A DNA stretch of 64,000 nucleotides from an uncultured Gemmatimonadaceae bacterium (GTDB lineage: Bacteria; Gemmatimonadota; Gemmatimonadetes; Gemmatimonadales; Gemmatimonadaceae), in NCBI GenBank assembly GCA_963822945.1, contig CAWGJO010000020.1:672001-736000 (forward strand), in the 5' to 3' direction. A program made the position numbers and the translations under genes. The notes beneath the pieces were generated by a model. It had not been told where the DNA came from, made no database searches, and saw nothing but the letters and a program-made list of their open reading frames with translations. Below, one piece after another: positions 1 through 10,947 of this stretch. Numbering within the stretch: position 1 is the stretch's first letter; each line of letters starts with the position of its first letter.

Positions 1-1
1 G

Positions 2-1294
2 AACTACCACAAGATGTCTCTGATGGAGCTGGACATGCTGACGCCGCATTTCCATTGGGGACCGTACTTCGCCGCGCAGGGGGCGATGAACGTGCCGGCG
101 ATCGACGTCGGCCAGCCGGAGTTCTTCAAGACGATCGACGCGATGTTCGCATCGGTACCGGTGGCCGATTGGAGGACCTACCTCCGCTGGCGCGCGGTGC
201 ACCGGGCCGCGTTCGCGCTTCCCACCGCGTTCGTCGAAGAGAACTTCAGGTTCAGCCAGGTGTTCAGTGGCGCCAAGGAGAACCTGCCGCGATGGAAGCG
301 GTGCATCAATTCCACCGACGCCCGCCTGGGAGAGTTGCTCGGCCAGGAATACGTGAAGGAGGCCTTTCCGCCTGAAGCCAAGGCGCGTGCCGTGAAGATC
401 GTGGACAATCTCGTTTCGGCCCTGCACGATCGCATCCAACAGCTCAGCTGGATGAGCGATACCACCAAGACGCAGGCGCTGGCCAAACTCGATGCCTACA
501 CCAAGAAGATCGGCTACCCGGACAAGTGGCGCGACTATTCGACGCTCCAGGTGAAGGCGGGCGAGTACCTGCCGAACGTGCGGGCCGGCGATCAGTTCAA
601 CGCCGCGTACGACTGGAACAAGATCGGCAAGCCGGTGGACCGCACCGAGTGGGGCATGACGCCGCCCACCGTCAACGCCTACTACAACCCGCTGATGAAC
701 GAGATCGTGTTCCCGGCGGGGATTCTCCAGCCGCCGTTCTACAACCCGTCGGCCGACGACGCCGTGAACTACGGCGCCATGGGCGCGGTGATCGGGCACG
801 AGATGACACACGGCTTCGACGATGAGGGACGCCAGTACGACAAGGACGGCAACCTCAAGGACTGGTGGACGAAGGACGACGCCACCAAGTACAACGCCGA
901 AGCGGCCAAGGTGGTCAAGCAGTTCGACGGGTACACGGTCATCGATTCGTCGACGCACGTGAACGGGCAGCTCACGCTCGGCGAGAACATCGCGGACTTC
1001 GGGGGACTCACCGTGGCGTACGCCGCCATGGAGAAGGCGCTGGGCAACGGACCGCGCGAGAAGATCGATGGATTCACGCCCGAGCAGCGCTTCTTCCTTG
1101 CCTGGGCCCAGGTCTGGCGAGAGCTGGATCGCCCGCAGTACGCGCGGCTGCTGGTGAATGCCGACGTCCACGCGCCGGCCAAGTGGCGCGTGAACGGACC
1201 GCTGAGCAACATGCCGGAGTTCAAGGCGGCATGGGGTTGCCAGGATTCCGACCCGATGGTGCGGCCGGATAGTCTCCGACCGAAGATCTGGTAG
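2..1294 (+). CDS. M13 family metallopeptidase (neprilysin/PepO-like), 5'-truncated by window edge
   Basis: VNAYY, HEMTH (HExxH) and GENIAD motifs; frame is open from position 2. Confidence 0.93.
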   Translation, partial: NYHKMSLMELDMLTPHFHWGPYFAAQGAMNVPAIDVGQPEFFKTIDAMFASVPVADWRTYLRWRAVHRAAFALPTAFVEENFRFSQVFSGAKENLPRWKRCINSTDARLGELLGQEYVKEAFPPEAKARAVKIVDNLVSALHDRIQQLSWMSDTTKTQALAKLDAYTKKIGYPDKWRDYSTLQVKAGEYLPNVRAGDQFNAAYDWNKIGKPVDRTEWGMTPPTVNAYYNPLMNEIVFPAGILQPPFYNPSADDAVNYGAMGAVIGHEMTHGFDDEGRQYDKDGNLKDWWTKDDATKYNAEAAKVVKQFDGYTVIDSSTHVNGQLTLGENIADFGGLTVAYAAMEKALGNGPREKIDGFTPEQRFFLAWAQVWRELDRPQYARLLVNADVHAPAKWRVNGPLSNMPEFKAAWGCQDSDPMVRPDSLRPKIW

Positions 1295-1348
1295 ATCGGT
1301 AGGTCGGTAGGTCGGCGTTGCTCCGACCTACCGACCTACCGACCTACC
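1290..1348. repeat. Inverted repeat built from tandem 8-mers (GGTAGGTC)x3 / (CCGACCTA)x3; likely bidirectional terminator or REP-like element
   Basis: 26-bp arms 1290-1315 and 1323-1348 with one mismatch and a 7-nt loop, between convergent genes and containing both stop codons. Confidence 0.85.
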
Positions 1349-3443
1349 GGTTCACGGTCAAACCCGGCATGCTGGCCGGAATCCCCACTGAGTCGGCCGG
1401 CGGCAGATGGTGCGTGCGCCCGAGTTCGGCGCGCGCCGCTGAGACCCGGTCGGCCCGCCGGATCCAGAGCTGCGTGGCCATGTCGTACCGCGCCAGCACG
1501 TTGTGCAGCCAGTACGGCCGGTTCTCCCGGAGCCAGGCGGCTTCGTACATGTCCCGAATCAGCGAATAGCCGTCGCGAAGATCCTGCGCCCGGCCGTTGG
1601 TGCTCGAGATGTTGATCAGATCCTGTGCGGGGGAGTTCACGCGCTGATCCGGCGGCGTGGTCGTGTCGGCCGCGTCCGCGTACATCTGCACCATCTCGTC
1701 GGCGAATTCGAACTTCATCCCGATGAAGTCGATCTTGCGCGCCCCCAGTTCCATGGCATCGATCGCATCGAGATTGCGGTGAATGTGCGGCCGTGCCTGG
1801 GCAATGAGCACGAGGGAGGACTCGGCCAGAATCCGCAGTTGGTGGACCACGGGCCGAATGTGCTCCGCGGTGATCTGGCCTTCCGGCGACCAGGGATCCA
1901 CCCAGAAGAGATTGTCGTTGGCGTCCCCCAGCCCGGCACTGTCCAGCAGCGCGTGAGCCTGCGCCAGCTTGATCTGCGCCTCGTCGATCTTGCCGGTCGT
2001 GTCGCCGTGGAACACTCTGCCGTACGCATGCTCGAATGCCGGAATGCTCGACTCGCCCGGCTGCCAGCCCGCCGCCGCGCCGAACAAGACTCCGTACCAC
2101 GTCTGGTTGAAGATCGCCTCGCCGTCGTCGTCCCAACTCGTGTTGAGCACGCCGGTGGCGCCCAGCCGCTGGCCGTCGCGGACGAAGCCCTGGATGTTGC
2201 GCAGCGCGACGTCGTTGTCGGGATACACGCGGCTCCAGTTGCTCACGCCCGGCGCCACCCAGGTTTCCATGCCGGCATCGCGAAACGGTGTGATGGCCCG
2301 ATCGAAGCTCTTCGACGGCCCGTATCCCCAGGCGACGGCGATCATGTCCTTGGGAAGTGTCTTCACCAACTCCGGGCTCCCGCTCGCGATATCGCCCCAG
2401 AACAGCAGACGCTTGTGCAGCGGCTTGAGCGTGGAGTCGATGGACTTGAGGAAGCCCAGGTACACGGGTCCGAGGCCTTCGTCGATCACGCGCTGGCGCG
2501 TTTGTCCCTTGCCCAACTCCACCGTCTCGTCGGCACCGAGATGCATGAACTTGCTGGGAAACAGGGAGTCGATTTCCCAGAACATCTGCTTGATCAGCGC
2601 CATCGAGCCCGGTTGCCCCGGCGCCAGCACGTGGCCGTGCGGCGTCTCGGCCAGGTCGGAGTACAGATCGTACTTCAGGATGTGGTGCAGATGGCCAAAG
2701 GCTTCCTGCTCGGGAATCACATCGATGTGGTATTTGGCGGCGTAGGCCACGAGTTCCTTGACCTGCGCGTGCGTCATCGCGCCGCCGGGCGGCGCGGGCA
2801 CGGGATTGGCGTCGTAGTAGAGCGTGTTCTCGAAGTACGGCGAATACACGTTCACCTTGTACGCCGCCAGCGTGCGGATCTGGTACTTCTGGAATTCCAC
2901 CGTCGGCATCGGGCCGCGCGACAGATCGTCGTGGAACCCGCGGTACCGCATCGCCGGCCAGTCGCTGACGTTCACCAGATGCAGCGTCGCCGTCGAGCCT
3001 TCCCCATCCAGTAGCTGCTTCACGGTCTGCGCGCCGTAGAAGATGCCCGCCGCACTGTGCGCCACCACGTTCAGGTGGGAATCGCCGGACACGATGGCGT
3101 ACCCTTCCGCGTCCATCGCCGGCGTCCACTGGATCTTGGCTTCAGCCAGGAGTGTTCGGGCACGCGCGGTTCCCGTGCGTACGAGCTCGATCCGCGCCGA
3201 CGCGGCGCCACCGTACATCACGCGGACGCGACGCGCTTTGAGTTCGTCGCCGAGATCGCGTGCCGCGAACCGATCCTGGGAATTCGCGGGAAGCACGATC
3301 GACACGCCGCGCCGAAGGGTGACGTCGTGCAACCGGGTGACGTGGCGCGGCTGGGGAATGAGCGCCAACGAGGGAGCGGCGGTCTGGGCGCCGGCGGACG
3401 CGACCGTGGCCGCGAGTACCAATGGAAGGATTGAGAATCGCAT
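1344..3443 (-). CDS. Secreted GH20 beta-N-acetylhexosaminidase-like protein
   Basis: Signal peptide MRFSILPLVLAATVASAGA; DWPAMRYRGFHDDLSRG, IPEQEAFGH and HLGADE (catalytic DE) motifs; start set at ATG 3443. Confidence 0.88.
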   Translation of the reverse strand: MRFSILPLVLAATVASAGAQTAAPSLALIPQPRHVTRLHDVTLRRGVSIVLPANSQDRFAARDLGDELKARRVRVMYGGAASARIELVRTGTARARTLLAEAKIQWTPAMDAEGYAIVSGDSHLNVVAHSAAGIFYGAQTVKQLLDGEGSTATLHLVNVSDWPAMRYRGFHDDLSRGPMPTVEFQKYQIRTLAAYKVNVYSPYFENTLYYDANPVPAPPGGAMTHAQVKELVAYAAKYHIDVIPEQEAFGHLHHILKYDLYSDLAETPHGHVLAPGQPGSMALIKQMFWEIDSLFPSKFMHLGADETVELGKGQTRQRVIDEGLGPVYLGFLKSIDSTLKPLHKRLLFWGDIASGSPELVKTLPKDMIAVAWGYGPSKSFDRAITPFRDAGMETWVAPGVSNWSRVYPDNDVALRNIQGFVRDGQRLGATGVLNTSWDDDGEAIFNQTWYGVLFGAAAGWQPGESSIPAFEHAYGRVFHGDTTGKIDEAQIKLAQAHALLDSAGLGDANDNLFWVDPWSPEGQITAEHIRPVVHQLRILAESSLVLIAQARPHIHRNLDAIDAMELGARKIDFIGMKFEFADEMVQMYADAADTTTPPDQRVNSPAQDLINISSTNGRAQDLRDGYSLIRDMYEAAWLRENRPYWLHNVLARYDMATQLWIRRADRVSAARAELGRTHHLPPADSVGIPASMPGLTVNR

Positions 3444-3571
3444 GGCAGAACGATGCAGGAACGAGGGGCCGGTGGCAATGCGCAGTACCCACCCGTAACT
3501 GTCGCACCGACAGCGCCTTCTGCCCTCCGTATGGGGCCCCTTGCCGGCCGGCCGGCGGGTCGCCAAATTCA

Positions 3572-3587
3572 ATCCGTTAATCCGGAT
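3572..3587. promoter_or_regulatory. Candidate SahR-type operator palindrome ATCCG-N6-CGGAT
   Basis: Dyad ends 6 nt before the ATG of the ArsR-methyltransferase regulator gene, in an AT-richer patch. Confidence 0.45.
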
Positions 3588-3593
3588 ATAGGG

Positions 3594-4538
3594 ATGTCAT
3601 CAACCGCCGTCTTCGACCGCCTCTCCGCCATTGCCGACCCGACGCGCTCGCGGCTCCTCGCCTTGCTTGAGGACCACGAGCTCACCGTGAGCGAGTTGTG
3701 CGCAGTGGTGCAGCTTCCGCAGTCCACGGTAAGCCGGCATCTCAAGGTGTTGAGCGACGAGGGATGGGTGATGGTGCGTGGCGCGGGCACCAGCCGGTTC
3801 TATCGGATGGCCCCCACGCGCCACGATCCCTTCCCGCACCGCCTCTGGAACGTGGTGCGCGCGCAGGTGGAGGAGAGTACGGCGATCCGTCAGGACGCGC
3901 GCCGTCTCGAGAGCGTGCTGCGCGACCGGCGCAACCGCTCCAAGAGCTACTTCACCACGGCGGCCGGCGACTGGAACCAGGTTCGCTCCGATCTCATCGG
4001 CTCGCGAACGGACCTCCTCGCGCTGCTCGACCTGCTCGACCCGTCGCTCATCGTCGGCGACCTGGGTTGCGGCACCGGCCAGGTCACCGAAGCGCTGGCG
4101 CCGTGCGTCCGGCAGGTCGTGGCCGTGGACGAATCGGGGTCCATGCTCAGCGCGGCCCGCCGGCGGTTTGCCCGCACCGAGAATGTCGATGTGCGGGCCG
4201 GCGCCTTGGAGTCGTTGCCGCTGGCCGCCGGAGAACTCGACGTCGCCGTCATGTGCCTCGTCCTCCACTTCGTGGTCGATCCGCCCCGAGCGTTCGCTGA
4301 GGTGCATCGGGTGCTCAAACCGGGCGGCCGATTGCTGATCGTCGATTTCACGCCGCACGAGCGCGAGCACTACACCGTGGAGATGGGACACGTATGGCAG
4401 GGATTCGACGAGTCGCAACTCCGCGCCTGGCTTCACGATGCCGGATTCCCGGACGTCCGCCACCGGCACCTGATCGCCGATCCCGCGGCCAAGGGTCCGA
4501 CGCTGTTCTCGGCCCTCGCCCGTCGCGGGCGAAAATAG
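3594..4538 (+). CDS. sahR: ArsR-HTH + SAM-binding methyltransferase-fold regulator (SahR-like)
   Basis: N-terminal ADPTRSRLL...PQSTVSRHLKVL ArsR HTH, C-terminal DLGCGTG methyltransferase motif; immediately upstream of ahcY. Confidence 0.85.
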   Translation: MSSTAVFDRLSAIADPTRSRLLALLEDHELTVSELCAVVQLPQSTVSRHLKVLSDEGWVMVRGAGTSRFYRMAPTRHDPFPHRLWNVVRAQVEESTAIRQDARRLESVLRDRRNRSKSYFTTAAGDWNQVRSDLIGSRTDLLALLDLLDPSLIVGDLGCGTGQVTEALAPCVRQVVAVDESGSMLSAARRRFARTENVDVRAGALESLPLAAGELDVAVMCLVLHFVVDPPRAFAEVHRVLKPGGRLLIVDFTPHEREHYTVEMGHVWQGFDESQLRAWLHDAGFPDVRHRHLIADPAAKGPTLFSALARRGRK

Positions 4539-4574
4539 CTACTGTCCAATTCTGACCTTTCAGAGGCCCAAATC

Positions 4575-6059
<1,485 letters not shown>

Positions 6060-6071
6060 TCGGAGGCAGTT

Positions 6072-6368
6072 ATGTCGCAGCAGGCGCACCGTTGGGTCAT
6101 CGATTCGATCGCCGATCAGGTGGTGGCGATCGAGGTGGACGGCGAACGGACGGTGCACCTGCCGCGCTGGGTGCTCCCCCGCGCGGCGGTGGAGGGTCAG
6201 GTGCTATCGGTGCAGCACGAGCTCGACGCCGCCGGCCAGCACTCGGTGTTGCGCATCGAGATCGATCGGGCCGCCACCGAGACGGCGCTCCGTGCCTCGC
6301 GGGCTCAGGTGGACGCGATCCGCAAGGCGTCGGGCCACCGGGATCCCGGCGGTAACATCTCGCTCTAG
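6072..6368 (+). CDS. DUF3006-like small protein
   Basis: VIDSIADQVVAIEVDG...LPRWVLP..A.EG pattern followed by a helical tail. Confidence 0.65.
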   Translation: MSQQAHRWVIDSIADQVVAIEVDGERTVHLPRWVLPRAAVEGQVLSVQHELDAAGQHSVLRIEIDRAATETALRASRAQVDAIRKASGHRDPGGNISL

Positions 6369-7357
6369 TTATCCTCGCACCCGCGCGGTGACGCCGCGCG
6401 GTCCGACGGCCCGTCGAGGTCGGTACCCCGCCGCTGCACCGCGATCCGGTAACCGCCGCCGGGACGTCCGGGGGAGTAGATGGTGATCGTCCCGTTCTGA
6501 TCGGTGCGGTACCAAGGAACGCCGGCGGCCTCGTACACCGCTTTCGCCTGGGTGTGCATGTGCCCGTAGTCGTTCGTCGCCCCCAGCGACAACACCGCGG
6601 TATCGGGGCGCAGCGCCTGGAGGTACGCGGCGCTCACCCCGTTGCAGCTGCCGTGGTGATCGCCCTTGAGAATGTTCACGTGCATCCCCGGATCGCTCGC
6701 GTAGCCCGCATCCTCGAGAAACCAGTCGGTGGCAGCGTGTTCCGCGTCGCCCGCCAGCCACATGGTGAACGACGCAGAGTCGGCGCCCACTAGCTTCACC
6801 GCCGCCGAACGATCGTTCACCGTGAGCCGCCCCGGGAAGGGACGCATCAGGTCCAGCCTGGCCCCGCCGCGCAGGGTGACCGTGCATACGGCTCGCCCGT
6901 CGCCGCAGGGATCGTCGGTGTCGCGATAGATCAGCGTTCCCTGCGCCACTCGCGACGCGATGGAGTCGCGCAGTTCGCGCAGTGAGACGGCGGTGGACGG
7001 ATCCTCGTTCTCGAAGAAGTACCGGACGGTGATGTGCCGCGACGTCCGGAAGAGTTCGCGCAGTCCGCTGTAGTGATCGTAGTGTTGATGCGACAGCACC
7101 ACCGCATCCACGGTGTCGTCATGAATCCCGAGCGAGTCGAGCAGATGCCCGAACCGCCGCTCGTCCGGGCCGCCGTCGATGAACACTCGGCTGCCGCCGT
7201 TGGTGATGTAGGTGGCGTCCCCCTGCCCGACGTCCAGCACGCGCACCACGACGCCGTTGGGATTGTGGGCCGCGAGCGTGTCGCCCAGGCTGGGGACGGC
7301 GGGGCGACACCCGGCGACCATGCCCCCCAACAGGACGAGTTCGAGCCATCGTTTCAT
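6365..7357 (-). CDS. ComEC/Rec2-like MBL-fold metallohydrolase, probable lipoprotein
   Basis: LDVGQGDA, SHQHYDHYSG, HHGS, YGH and YRTDQNG motifs; lipobox VAGC; no ComEC membrane domain. Confidence 0.85.
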   Translation of the reverse strand: MKRWLELVLLGGMVAGCRPAVPSLGDTLAAHNPNGVVVRVLDVGQGDATYITNGGSRVFIDGGPDERRFGHLLDSLGIHDDTVDAVVLSHQHYDHYSGLRELFRTSRHITVRYFFENEDPSTAVSLRELRDSIASRVAQGTLIYRDTDDPCGDGRAVCTVTLRGGARLDLMRPFPGRLTVNDRSAAVKLVGADSASFTMWLAGDAEHAATDWFLEDAGYASDPGMHVNILKGDHHGSCNGVSAAYLQALRPDTAVLSLGATNDYGHMHTQAKAVYEAAGVPWYRTDQNGTITIYSPGRPGGGYRIAVQRRGTDLDGPSDRAASPRGCEDN

Positions 7358-7472
7358 GGCCGGAAAGCTACATCGCCGGTCATCGGGTCCCATCCCGTTT
7401 CAGCGCGACAGGGCTCGTATTGTTGCAGATTTCCCGTCCGGTCGTTCGCCGTGAACCCTCTCCCCCCGAGAC

Positions 7473-8201
7473 ATGTCCTTTCTCTTCGACGCCAACGCCT
7501 GGATCGGGCTACTCACGCTCACAGCGCTTGAGATCGTCCTCGGCATCGACAACATCGTGTTCATCACGATCCTCGCCGGCCAGGTGGAGCCCGACCACCG
7601 GGCCCGGGCCCGGCGCCTCGGTCTCATGGGCGCGTTCTTCACCCGGCTGTTGCTGCTCGCCAGCATCGTGTGGATCGTCCGCCTGACACGGCCGTTCTTC
7701 ACCGTGCTCGGCGTCGCAATCAGCGGCCGGAGCCTCATCCTCATCGTCGGCGGGCTGTTCCTCATCGGCAAGGCGACGTACGAGATCCACGACAAGTTGG
7801 AGGAGGCGGCGCGTCCTGAACCGGTGGCCCGCGTCGTGCGCCCTCTGATGACGGTCGTGCTGCAGATCATGGTGGTGGACATCGTGTTCTCGCTCGACTC
7901 CGTGATCACGGCCGTCGGCATGGTGGACAGTCTCGCCATTATGATCGCCGCCGTCGTGATCGCACTCGGGTTCATGCTCTACGCGTCGGGACCGATCGGC
8001 GATTTCGTGGAGCGCCACCCGACGGTCAAGATGCTCGCCCTGTCGTTCCTCGTCCTGATTGGCACCAATCTCGTCGCCGAGGGGCTCGGACAACACATTC
8101 CGAAGGGCTACACCTACTTCGCGATGGCGTTCTCGGTGGGCGTCGAGATGCTGAACCTGCGGCTGCGCAAGGCGCCCGGCGGTGCCCATCACGCGGGCTG
8201 A
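7473..8201 (+). CDS. TerC family membrane protein
   Basis: LEIVLGIDNIVFI and DIVFSLDSVITAVG motifs. Confidence 0.92.
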   Translation: MSFLFDANAWIGLLTLTALEIVLGIDNIVFITILAGQVEPDHRARARRLGLMGAFFTRLLLLASIVWIVRLTRPFFTVLGVAISGRSLILIVGGLFLIGKATYEIHDKLEEAARPEPVARVVRPLMTVVLQIMVVDIVFSLDSVITAVGMVDSLAIMIAAVVIALGFMLYASGPIGDFVERHPTVKMLALSFLVLIGTNLVAEGLGQHIPKGYTYFAMAFSVGVEMLNLRLRKAPGGAHHAG

Positions 8202-8210
8202 TCCCGTCCG

Positions 8211-9560
8211 TCACGCCGCGCGCTGCTTCCAGGTCCAGAAGAAGTACACGGGCACCCCGGCCAGCATGATCAGCAATCCCACGCCCGAGGCGCGGGGAAA
8301 CTGGAGGATCGTGCTCAGGGCCAGTGACCAGAAAGCGATCACGAACGCCAGCGTCGTCCACGGGTGGCCGGGCATGCGCCAGGTGACGGTGCCCATGCCC
8401 GCCTCGCTCGCGCCGCCACGCCGCTCGCGCCGGCGCAGCACCAGCAGCGCCGCGCCCGTGAGGCCGAAGAACACCGCATCCATCGAGACGACGTAGTTCA
8501 GAATCTGCTCGTATTTCCCGGAGAGCGCGATCACGGCCGCCCAGACGCCCTGCAGCACGATGGCCACCGTGGGTACCCGCGAGCGCGGGTCGAGCCATCC
8601 CACCGCCCGAAAGAACACCCCATCGCGCGCCATCGCGTAGTACACGCGCGGCGCGGTGAGCATGCCCTGGCTCAGGAACCCGATCGTCGAGATGACGATC
8701 CCCGCCGCGATCAGCTTGGCCCCGATCGAACCGAGCGCGAGTTGCATCACCGACGATGCCGGTGTCTTCGTTGCCGCGAGGCCGTCGGGGCCGAGCGCGT
8801 GCAGGTAGACGACGTTCACCGCCAGGTAGAGCAGCACCACTCCGATGACTCCGATCACCAGTCCGCGCGGTAGGTCGCGCATGGGATTCTTCAACTCCCC
8901 ACTCACGAAACTCGACGTCTGCCACCCACCGTACGCGAACAGCACGGGCACCATTGCCGCCGCGAACGCGATCGGCGCCGGCTTGGTCGCCGCAGTCACC
9001 GTGCTCGCGGTGTGCACCGCCGCCGGCGCGGCCAACCACCCGATGGTCACCAGTGCGATCACGGCGACAATCTTGGTCACCATGAGTGCACTCTGCACAT
9101 TGCTCCCGGAGCGGACGCCGAAACAGTTCACTGCCGTGAGCACCGCCAGGGCGAGCGCAGCCAGCATGGCCGGCGGCAACCCGGTACCGGTTATCTCGGC
9201 AAAGTAGTGCGCGAAAGTCACCGCCACCGCGGCCATCCCACCAGTCTGCGTCACCAGCAGCAGCCCCCACCCATACAGGAATGCCACCATCGGGTGGAAG
9301 GCGTCGCGCAGATAGGCGTACTGCCCGCCCACCTGCGGCCGGAGCTGTGCCAATTCCGCATACACGAAGGCGCCCACGAGGGCGATCAATCCGCCCGCCG
9401 CCCACGCGCCCAGAATCAGGGTCGTCGAGTGGACCTGCTGCGCCACCACATATGGATTGATGAAGATACCGGCGCCAATGATCCCGCCCATCACGATCAT
9501 CGCCGCGTCGAACACCCCGAGGCGGCGGGCGAGTTGCTGCGGTTCGGCAGGATCTGGCAT
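8211..9560 (-). CDS. APC family amino acid permease
   Basis: GGIIGAGIF, YAEL...GGQYAYL, FAYGGW, PRVYYAMARDG; about 12 TM segments; start at ATG 9560. Confidence 0.92.
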   Translation of the reverse strand: MPDPAEPQQLARRLGVFDAAMIVMGGIIGAGIFINPYVVAQQVHSTTLILGAWAAGGLIALVGAFVYAELAQLRPQVGGQYAYLRDAFHPMVAFLYGWGLLLVTQTGGMAAVAVTFAHYFAEITGTGLPPAMLAALALAVLTAVNCFGVRSGSNVQSALMVTKIVAVIALVTIGWLAAPAAVHTASTVTAATKPAPIAFAAAMVPVLFAYGGWQTSSFVSGELKNPMRDLPRGLVIGVIGVVLLYLAVNVVYLHALGPDGLAATKTPASSVMQLALGSIGAKLIAAGIVISTIGFLSQGMLTAPRVYYAMARDGVFFRAVGWLDPRSRVPTVAIVLQGVWAAVIALSGKYEQILNYVVSMDAVFFGLTGAALLVLRRRERRGGASEAGMGTVTWRMPGHPWTTLAFVIAFWSLALSTILQFPRASGVGLLIMLAGVPVYFFWTWKQRAA

Positions 9561-9568
9561 CGGACGGA

Positions 9569-9632
9569 GGTAGGGGGTAAGTCGGTAGGGTCGGTAGGTC
9601 GGACGCGCGGAAACATGCACCCGACCCGACCC
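9569..9632. repeat. Degenerate second copy of the GGTAGGTC/CCGACC tandem repeat
   Basis: ggtaagtcggtagggtcggtaggtcgg ... ccgacccgacc in the divergent intergenic region. Confidence 0.6.
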
Positions 9633-9656
9633 TCTGTCAGGGTCCGGAGGTCCACC

Positions 9657-9683
9657 GAACGGTTTTTCCGCCCGTGGTGTCTA
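9657..9683 (+). promoter_or_regulatory. Putative ECF-type autoregulatory promoter (GAAC-N18-GTCTA)
   Basis: AAC -35 and GTCTA -10 elements 15 nt upstream of the ECF sigma GTG; spacing about 1 nt longer than typical. Confidence 0.4.
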
Positions 9684-9698
9684 TTGCTACAGCGTCAC

Positions 9699-10295
9699 GT
9701 GACTCTCCCGAAACCGACCGACCCCGCCTCGCTTATCCCTCCCTCGCCGAGCCTCCGGCCGCACGAAGGTGCGCTCATCGACCGGGTGCTCGCGGGAGAC
9801 CGGTCCGCCGCTCGCGCGCTGTACGACGCGCACGTCGACCGGGTGTACCGGCTTGCCTATCGGTTGACCGGCGACGAGGACCAGGCGCGCGAACTGACGC
9901 AGGACGCCTTCATTCGGGCCTTCGGACAGCTCCACAAGTTCCGTGGCGCCTCCGCGTTCGGGACCTGGTTGTATCGCGTCACGGTATCCGTGGCCTCGAA
10001 CGCCCGGCGCAAGCGCCGCCGCCACGAGCACCGGGAAACCGACCTTTCCACGGCAGCCGCCCTGGCCGACGACGGTCCTCCGCGCGCCGAGCCCGATCTC
10101 CGGGAGCGCATGGCCGCCGCCATCGACGGTCTGCCGGAGATCTATCGAACGACTTTCGTGATGCATGACGTCGAAGGGTACACGCACCCCGAGATCGCCG
10201 ATGTGCTGGGCGTCGCCGAGGGCACGTGCAAGAGCCGCTTGTTCATCGCGCGAGGGATGCTCCGCAAGGCCCTCGCCCCGTTCCGGAAGGAGTAG
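9699..10295 (+). CDS. ECF RNA polymerase sigma factor
   Basis: Region 2 (ELTQDAFIRAF..L.KFRG.S.FGTWLYRV) and region 4 (YTHPEIADVLGVAEGTCKSRL); GTG start inferred. Confidence 0.92.
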   Translation: MTLPKPTDPASLIPPSPSLRPHEGALIDRVLAGDRSAARALYDAHVDRVYRLAYRLTGDEDQARELTQDAFIRAFGQLHKFRGASAFGTWLYRVTVSVASNARRKRRRHEHRETDLSTAAALADDGPPRAEPDLRERMAAAIDGLPEIYRTTFVMHDVEGYTHPEIADVLGVAEGTCKSRLFIARGMLRKALAPFRKE

Positions 10296-10298
10296 CAG

Positions 10299-10937
10299 AT
10301 GCAGGACGAACAATTCGACCAGCCATCGCGAGACGCTGCCCGCGCCTACCATGAGCCGCCGGCACTCGACGAGGCGGCGCGCGACGAGATGTGGACCGCG
10401 ATCGAGGCGGAACACTTCGCGCCCCCCGCCGGACGACGGCACTTTGCCGTTCCCCGGTGGGCGGGACTCGCCGCCGCCATCGTGGTCGGGATCGCGCTGG
10501 GGCGTTTCACCCCACTCGACGGGTGGCTGCACCGGGCCCCGGCGAGACCCGTGGCGGCCGCGGCGCCGCCGGCCGCCACGCCGGCCACGCTGCCCGTGCC
10601 CGCCGTCTACGAGCCCACGACGTCGCGGTATCTGGGCCAGACGGCGGCCCTGCTCATCGCGCTGCCCGCCGAAACGAAGGCCGGCCGAGCCGACAACCAG
10701 TTCATCGACCGGGCGCAGAACCTGCTGCTCACCACCCGGCTCCTGCTCGATTCGCCGGCCGCGCACGACGCCAAGCTGCGCGGCCTGCTCGACGATCTCG
10801 AGGTCGTGCTCGCGCAGATCGTGCGGCTTCAATCGGAGCAGAATGCCGCCGATCTCGATCTCATCACCCAGGCCCTGGAGCAGCGCGACGTGTTGCCGCG
10901 CCTGCGCACCGCGGCAGCCGACATCTCCGCTGACTGA
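10299..10937 (+). CDS. Putative anti-sigma factor (single TM)
   Basis: Starts 3 nt after the ECF gene; short cytoplasmic N-terminus, TM WAGLAAAIVVGIALG, helical C-terminal domain. Confidence 0.6.
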   Translation: MQDEQFDQPSRDAARAYHEPPALDEAARDEMWTAIEAEHFAPPAGRRHFAVPRWAGLAAAIVVGIALGRFTPLDGWLHRAPARPVAAAAPPAATPATLPVPAVYEPTTSRYLGQTAALLIALPAETKAGRADNQFIDRAQNLLLTTRLLLDSPAAHDAKLRGLLDDLEVVLAQIVRLQSEQNAADLDLITQALEQRDVLPRLRTAAADISAD

Positions 10938-10947
10938 GGAACCCTCC

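Noticed and set aside
1290..1348. CRISPR array
   Set aside because: 8-bp tandem units without spacers; no cas genes.
4539..4574. SAH/SAM riboswitch before ahcY
   Set aside because: The gap is only 36 nt and has no recognisable aptamer; a protein regulator lies upstream.
6365..7357. Competence channel ComEC
   Set aside because: Only the MBL domain is present, with no multi-TM competence domain.
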